Source: Bacteroidota bacterium
GTDB lineage: Bacteria; Bacteroidota; Ignavibacteria; Kapaibacteriales; NICIL-2
Direction: 5' to 3'
Length of the DNA: 64,000 nt
Assembly: GCA_019695345.1 (NCBI GenBank)
Contig: JAIBAE010000004.1
Coordinates: 39,765 to 103,764 of the forward strand
This document shows, piece by piece, positions 31,801-40,800 of the stretch (position 1 is its first letter; each line of letters begins with the position of its first letter). The position numbers were made by a program, and so were the translations under genes. The notes under the pieces were generated by a model. It worked only from the letters and a program-made list of their open reading frames with translations. It was not told the origin of the DNA and searched no databases.

Positions 31801-34800
31801 ACCGATGCTAACGTTACAACACCTAAACTTGCCGATGGCTCTGTGACGAGTGCGAAGCTGAATCAAATGTCGGCTACAAGCGGGCAGTCGTTAGTGTGGA
31901 ATGGAACCGCATGGACTCCGACAACAGTTACAACAAGTGGAACAGCAGGTGGAGATTTAAGCGGCACATATCCAAACCCGAATGTGGTGAAGTTACAAAC
32001 ACGTGATGTATCGAGTACAGCACCAACCAGTGGACAAGTATTAAAGTGGAATGGAACGGCATGGACGCCATCAACAGATAATGGTGATGTGTATACAGCC
32101 GGTGATGCAATTAACATTACAGCAGGAGCAATTGGCGTAACTGATGGTTCAATCACCACAGCTAAACTTGCTACCAATGCTGTAACGACTGTTAAGATTA
32201 ATGATGCTAATGTTACTACACCAAAACTTGCTGATGGTTCAGTAACATCTGCGAAGTTGAATCAGATGTCGGCTACAAGCGGGCAGGTGTTGAAGTGGAA
32301 TGGCACGGCATGGACACCATCGACAGATAATGGCGATGTGTATACAGCGGGTGATGCTATTAACATTACAGCAGGTGCAATTGGAGTAACCGATGGTTCT
32401 ATAACGACAGCTAAACTTGCTACCAATGCTGTAACTACAGTTAAGATTACCGATGCTAATGTAACAACACCTAAACTCGCTGATGGTTCTGTAACCTCTG
32501 CGAAGCTAAATCAGATGTCGGCTACAAGTGGACAAGTGTTAAAATGGAATGGCACGGCATGGATACCATCGACAGATAATGGTGATGTATATACTGCAGG
32601 TGATGCTATTAACATTACAGCCGGTGCAATTGGTGTAACTGATGGTTCTATCACCACAGCGAAACTTGCAAACAATGCAGTGACAACTGCAAAGATTACT
32701 GATGCTAATATTACTACACCAAAACTTGCTGATGGCTCTGTTACTTCTACAAAGTTGAATCAGATGTCGGCTACAACAGGGCAATCGTTAGTGTGGAATG
32801 GTACAGCATGGACACCAACAACAGTAAGTGCAAGTGGAACAGCAGGCGGAGATTTAAGTGGAACGTATCCAAACCCGAATGTGGTGAAGTTACAAACACG
32901 TGATGTATCGAGTACAGCTCCAACGAGTGGGCAGGTGTTGAAGTGGAATGGCACAGCTTGGACACCATCGACAGATAATGGTGATGTGTACACAGCAGGA
33001 GATGCGATTAACATTACAGCCGGTGCAATTGGTGTAACAGACGGTTCCATCACCACAGCTAAACTTGCTACCAATGCTGTTACTACTGCTAAGATTACCG
33101 ATGCTAATGTAACCACACCAAAACTTGCGGATGGTTCTGTAACGTCTGCGAAACTGAATCAGATGAGTGCAACGAACGGGCAGACGTTAGTATGGAATGG
33201 TACGGCATGGACTCCGACAACAGTAAGTGCAAGTGGAACAGCAGGGGGTGATTTGAGTGGTACATATCCAAACCCAAATGTTGTGAAGTTGCAGAACAGA
33301 AATGTTGCTGCAACAGCACCAACAAACGGACAAGTTTTGAAATGGAATAACACCACAAGTGTTTGGGAGCCAGGTGCTGATAACAATACAACGTACACAG
33401 CCGGAGCAGGAATATCGATTGCAGGTAATGTTATTAGCAACTCAGGCGATACCGATGCGAGTAATGATATTACCAATACAACAACAGCAGGTGGAGATTT
33501 AAGCGGAACATATCCTAATCCAAATGTAGTGAAGTTACAAACGAGAGACGTATCGAGTACTGCACCAACCACCGGACAAGCATTAGTATGGAATGGTACA
33601 GCGTGGGCACCAAGTGCAGTATCTGTTAGTGGTTCGGCAGGTGGAGATTTAACAGGGACGTATCCTAACCCAAGTGTCGCGGTAAACGCTATAACAACAG
33701 CAAAGATTCTGGACGGCAATGTGACGACGAGTAAGTTATCCGATGGCTCGGTGACGTCTGCGAAGCTGAATCAAATGTCAGCTACGAGCGGGCAATCGTT
33801 AGTGTGGAATGGAACGGCATGGACGCCAACAACAGTTACAACAAGTGGCACAGCAGGAGGAGATTTAAGTGGTACCTATCCAAACCCGAATGTGGTTAAA
33901 CTGCAAACACGTGATGTATCGAGTACTGCACCCACGAGTGGGCAATCGTTAGTGTGGAATGGAACGGCATGGACTCCGACAACAGTAAGTGCAAGTGGAA
34001 CAGCAGGTGGAGATTTAAGCGGTACATATCCAAATCCAAATGTAGTGAAGTTACAGAACAGAAATGTTGCATCTACATCACCAACAAATGGACAGGTTTT
34101 GAAATGGAATAACACCACAAGTGTGTGGGAACCGAGTGCCGATAATAACAATACATACACAGCCGGAGCAGGTATAAGTATAGCTGGTAACGTTATAACA
34201 AATACCGGAGATACAGATGCAAGCAATGACATCACTAACACAACAACAGCTGGTGGAGATTTAAGTGGCACCTATCCAAACCCAAATGTGGTGAAACTGC
34301 AAACGCGTGATGTATCGAGTACGGCTCCAACAACAGGTCAGGTACTAAAATGGAATGGCACTGCTTGGACCCCATCTACAGATGCAGGTGGTTCGGGTGA
34401 TGTAACTACACTTGGCACTGTAATAGATAATCAACTAACACGATACCATAATACAAGTGGCGATACAATCCAATCAAGCGCTATTGTTATTGATGACTAC
34501 ACAACAACTACACAAAATAATGTAGCCATAAAAGCAGATGATGGTGCAACAGCTGATATCACACTTGTTCTTGCTCCTAAAGGTAATGGTGCTCTGTCGG
34601 CGGATAAGCCGAATGGTGTAGCTGCAGGAGGAAATGCTCGCGGAATAGCAGCTGTCGATTTTCAGATGGAGCGATCTGCTGCAACGCATGTTGCATCTGG
34701 TGACTACTCTACTATTGGCGGAGGCTATGCAAACACGGCAAGTGGCAACTATTCAACTGTTGCAGGCGGTTATCAGAATTCCGCGACCGCTTTCCGATCT

Positions 34801-37800
34801 TCGGTAACAGGTGGTTATCTAAACGTAGCCGGAAATACTAACTCGGTTGTGGCTGGTGGTCACACGAACAACAGTAGTGGGGCACAGTCTGCAATTCTCG
34901 GAGGTAGCGACAATGTCATTACGAGTACAGCCAACAACTCATCAATTGTCGGAGGTAGCACTAATACTCTCGAGGGAAGCTACAGCACAATACTGGGTGG
35001 AGTAGGTTTGCGTTTTACAGGTTCGTACAATTTCGGATTCAATGGTTTGACAACTACTGCAGACTCTGCATACATCAATTCATCTCGTGTTGGTTACTTC
35101 GGAAACGTAGATCTCTGGCTTGGAAATACGAATGGATCAGCAAGTTCGCTTAAGTTCTTCGAAGCTCAAGCGTCTGATGGAACCTTTCCTGCGGCTGGAA
35201 CTAACTACACAGCATTTAAAGCAGGAACTCAAACAACAGATGTTACATACACACTGCCAACTGCAGCTCCTGCAAGTAACGGACAAGTATTAAGTAGTAC
35301 AACGGCAGGAACAATGAGTTGGGTAACTCCAAGTACGGGTACTGGTGATGTAACAACACTTGGCACTGTAACTGATAATCAACTAACACGATACCATAAT
35401 ACAAGTGGTGATACAATCCAATCAAGTGCAATTGTAATAGATGATTATACAACAACAACACAAAACAATGTAGCTATAAAAGCTGATGATGGTGCAACAG
35501 CTGATATCTCACTTGTTCTTGCTCCTAAAGGTAATGGTGCACTAACAGCAGATAAACCGGACGGCACCACAGCAGGTGGGAATGCACGTGGCACCAATGC
35601 TGTTGACTTTCAGATGGTAAGAGTTGCAGGTAACCAAGTAGCAAGTGGAGATAACTCTTTCATTGGCGCGGGCTCAAGAAATAAAGCCACTGGTGGTAAT
35701 ACGGCGGTTGTGTCCGGTTATCAGAATACTGCGAATCAGGGTGCTATTCTAACTGGTCAAGATAACACTGTTTCTGGTGCTGCTTCGGCAATTGCAGGTG
35801 GATATGGTAATACAGTTGGTAGCTCAGGTTCATGGTCAGCTATACTTGCCGGTTATCAAAACACTGTAAATGCTGCTACTAGTTCGATAGTAGGAGGAAA
35901 TAAACTTACGTTAGGCGGAGTTGGCTCATTAGGATTTAATGGTAAAGATAGTGCTGTTGTTGGAGCACAGTACACTGCATACTTTGGAAATGTTGATGTA
36001 TGGCTTGGCAATACAGATACAGTTGCCCGTTCTTTGCGTTTTTACGAGGCTCAGACTTCAAGTGGAAACTTCCCTGCGGCAGGAACTAACTACACAGCAT
36101 TTAAAGCAGGAACACAAGCAACCGATGTAACCTACACATTACCAACTGCTGCACCAACAAGTAACGGACAAGTTTTAAGCAGTACCACAGGTGGAACAAT
36201 GAGTTGGGTTACACCAAGTACAGGCACTGGAGATGTAATTACACTTGGTACTGTAACAGATAATCAGCTAACACGTTACCATAATGCAACGGGTGATACC
36301 GTGCAAGGTAGTGCAATAGTTATAGATGATTATACAACAACAACACAAAACAATGTTGCTATAAAAGCAGATGATGGAAGTACTGCTAACATTTCGTTGG
36401 TAATGGCACCCAAAGGTACAGGAGCATTGATTGCAAGTAAACCAGACGGCACAGCTACTGGTGGTAATGCACGTGGTGCAAATGCAGTGGATTTACAAAC
36501 AGTTAGAGCGAATGCTGCCTATGTAGCAAGTGGAAATTATTCTGTGATTGCTGGGGGGGCTGAGAATAGAGCAACTGCCCTCTACTCAACAGTTGGTGGT
36601 GGCTACAATCACATTGCATCCGATACAGGTGCAACTATTGCAGGTGGTAATCAAAACTGGGCACAAGCTAACTATGCAACAGTAGGTGGAGGCTCTGGAA
36701 ATAGAGCCACAGCAGACTACGGAACGGTAGCAGGTGGAAATAGCAATGATGCCTCTGGACAATATTCTTTTGCTGGTGGTGGTAAATCAAATAATGCGTC
36801 AGGTCAATATGGAGTTGCTCTGGGCGGTTTGACCAATCAGGCAGATGGGGTATATTCTACAGTTATAAACGGTACAGATAACATCGCATCTGGTGATATA
36901 TCAACAATTCTTGGTGGAACTAAAAACATCACCGCAGGTAATTATACTATTGTTGGCGGGCATGGATTAAATTTTGGTAGTAACGCGGATAATAGTTTTG
37001 GGTATCATGGTTATAATGTATTGAGTGATTCGGTGTATATCAATACATCCAACATTGCTTACTTTGGTAATGTGGATATGTGGCTTGGTAATACAAGAAA
37101 CACAGCCAGCCAACTTAAGTTTTTTGAGCCACAATCAACCGACGGAACCTTCCCTGCAGCGGGTACTAACTATACAGCATTTAAAGCAGGAACGCAAACA
37201 ACTGATGTTACATACACATTGCCAACCGCAGCACCTGCAAGTAACGGACAAGTGTTAAGTAGTACAACAACAGGTACAATGAGTTGGGTAACACCAAGTA
37301 CAGGTACTGGTGATGTAGTTACACTTGGCACTGTAACAGATAACCAACTTACACGTTACCATAACACAAGTGGGGATACAATACAATCTAGTGCAATAGT
37401 GATTGATGACTACACAACAACTACTCAAAATAATGTAGCTATTAAGGCCGATAATGGTGCAGCTCTTGACATCTCCTTAGTTCTTGTGCCTAAAGGTAAC
37501 GGAGCATTAATTTCTAGTAAACCTGATGGAACCGCAACCGGGGGTAATGCTCGTGGAATGTATGCAGTTGATTTACAACTAAATCGTGCAGCAGCATCTC
37601 AAGTAGCAAACGGTGCCTACGCTACGGTTCTTGGCGGTAGGCGAAATACGGCTAATGGGCAGTATAGTATTGTGAGTGGCGGTGATGGTAATACAATTGG
37701 CGCAGGTGGCTTAGTTGCAACCGTTTCAGGCGGGTCATCAAATACTGCTACTAATACGTGGTCAACTATTGGTGGCGGAAATACAAACACAGCAACTGGA

Positions 37801-40800
37801 GTAGGAACTACTATTGGTGGTGGGCAAAATAATCAAGCAAGTAATAGTTATTCGGTTGTAGCGGGAGGTTTAACAGATACAGCGTCCGGTGATTACTCTG
37901 TTGTTAGTGGTGGAACTGCGAATGTTGCGAGTGGCACGAGTGCTGTAGTATCCGGTGGTGAATTAAACAAGGCAACAGGCAATCAAACTACAATTTTAGG
38001 TGGATTTGGTTTACGATTAGGAGGCACTGGTTCATTTGGTTTTAATGGTTTTAACACCGTTGCTGATTCTGCCTTTGTTTCGAATGATAGAACGGCATAT
38101 TTTGGCAACGTAGATTTGTGGTTGGGTAATACAGATAATACAACAAGTGAATTACGTTTCTTTGAAGCACAATCAACAGATGGAATCTTCCCTGCGGCCG
38201 GAACTAACTACACTGCATTTAAAGCAGGTACACAAACAGCAGATGTTACTTACACTCTTCCCACAGCGTATCCAACTGTTAGCGGGCAAGTTTTAAGCAG
38301 TACTACAGTTGGTGTTATGAGTTGGGTAACGGCAAGTAGTGGGTTAACGCATTTTACAGAATCAGTTAATACTTCAGCACCTAATGTAACAGTACCTGTA
38401 GTACGCTTGCTTGCAACAAATGCAGCTACCAATGTTGATGTGGCACTAAGCCCCAAAGGTAGCGGTGCACTAACAGGTAATGTAGCAGATAATACTCTAA
38501 GTGGTGGCAACAAACGTGGCACCTATGCTGTAGATTGGCAACTAAATCGATCTGCTGCTAACCAAGTAGCAAGTGGAAACTGGTCAGTTCTATCTGGTGG
38601 AGCTGGAAATGTTTCAAGTGGATTGTATTCAACTGTAGGTGGAGGATGGTTTAATCAGGCAACCAATCAACATGCAGTTGTAGGTGGTGGAGAAGGCAAC
38701 TCTGCAACTGCTGCCGCTTCTTCTGTTTTAGGTGGCTCTGGTAATATTGCAAGTGGGCAATATTCAGCTGCTGTTAGTGGATGGGTAAACACAGCAAGTG
38801 GAGGTTATTCCAATATTACTGGGGGTGATCATAATACAACCAGTGGAAGTTATTCCAATATTAATGGCGGCGGTTATAATACAGCAGGTGCTAACTATAC
38901 GGTAATTGGAGGTGGCTATCTAAATATAGTTGCGGCTGATTATACATCAATTGCTGGCGGTTATGCTCTTCGAATGGGAGGGGTCGGATCTTTTGGATTT
39001 AATGGATTCAATGCTCTAACTGACTCAGCTTACATAACTGCAAATAGAACGGCATATCTTGGTAATGTTGATTTATGGCTTGGAAATACTGACAACACTA
39101 CAAGTGAGCTTAGATTTTATGAAGCTCAGTCAACTGACGGAACTTTTCCAGCTGCTGGTACAAACTACACTGCATTCAAAGCAGGTACACAAACAGCAGA
39201 TGTTACTTACACTCTACCAACCGCAGCACCTGCAAGTAACGGTCAAGTGTTAAGTAGTACAACAACAGGAACAATGAGTTGGGTTACCGCCGGTGGCGGG
39301 GACGTGACCGGACCGGCATCCTCCGTTGATAACGCCTTAGCACGATATGATGGTACAACTGGTAAAATAATCCAGAACAGCGGTTTGATTCTTGACGATT
39401 ATTCTACAGCTACACAGGCAAACGTTACACTTCGCGCCGATAGCGGTTCGGTAGCAAACATTTCGATGGTATTATCACCGAAAGGAACTGGAGCTTTACT
39501 TGCTAACAAGCCAAATGGTGCTGTTACAGGCGGTAATGCAAGAGGCATCAATGCTGTTGACTTACAAACGAGTAGAACAGCATCTACTCAAGTAGCTTCT
39601 GGTGATTACACTGTTATATTAGGGGGTAGTGATAACACTGCCACTGGAACAGCATCCTCTATTCTAGGAGGGTATGATAACACGGCAAGTGGTAGCTTCT
39701 CTGTAATATCAGGTGGTTTTTCAAATTCAAATACAACTATTAGTTCTTATTCTGTTATCGGTGGCGGGCTTCATAATTCTGTGAGTGATGGTGGATCAAC
39801 GGTAGGTGGTGGGGTAGATAATTCGGCCTTAGCACAGGGGAGTGCTATAGCTGGTGGTGGAAGAAATTATACTAACCAAAATTATGGAAGTATTAGTGGC
39901 GGTTTTGAGGATACTATAAACACTTCTGCCACCTACGCTACAATTTCAGGTGGACAAAGAAATAAGATTACTGCATCTTTAGGATCAATTGGGGGTGGTA
40001 AGGCTAATACCGTTAGTGGTGATTATTCTACCATAGCAGGTGGTTATTCGTTACGCCAGACAGGCATTGGTTCATTTGGGTTTAATGGTTATAACACAAT
40101 TGCCGATTCTGCTTATGTATCAGCAAATAGAACTGCTTACTTTGGCAACGTAGATTTGTGGTTGGGTAACACAGATAATACAACAAGTGAACTACGTTTC
40201 TTTGAAGCACAATCAACCGACGGAACCTTCCCAGCCGCAGGTACAAACTACACTGGGTTTAAAGCTGGCACACAAACAGCAGATATAACATACACGTTGC
40301 CAGTCGCAGCACCTGCAAGTAACGGTCAGGTATTAAGTAGCACAACAGGTGGTGTTATGAGTTGGGTAACAGCTGGAAGTGGTGATGTAACCGGACCTTC
40401 CGCCTCTGTAAATAACGCTATTGCACGATTTGATGGTACAACAGGTAAAATTATCCAAAATAGTGGAATAGTTATAGATGACACAGTTACAGTAAGTGCT
40501 AAAAAAATAGTAACCCTTAGAGCTGAAGATAATACTACAGCAAATATTACTTTATCGTTGTTACCAAAAGGTACCGGTGCACTAACCGCCAGCAAACCAG
40601 ACGGTACAGCATTTGGCGGGAATATCAGAGGTGATTATGCAGTAGATTTACAGACATCAAGAGGTACCGGTACACAAGTAGCAAGTGGCAACTACTCTGT
40701 TATAAGTGGCGGAAAATTTAATACTGCATCTGGATTGAATTCTACCATTGCAGGTGGTTCGAGTTGTGTTGCAAGTGGCAACTATTCATTTGTAAGTAGT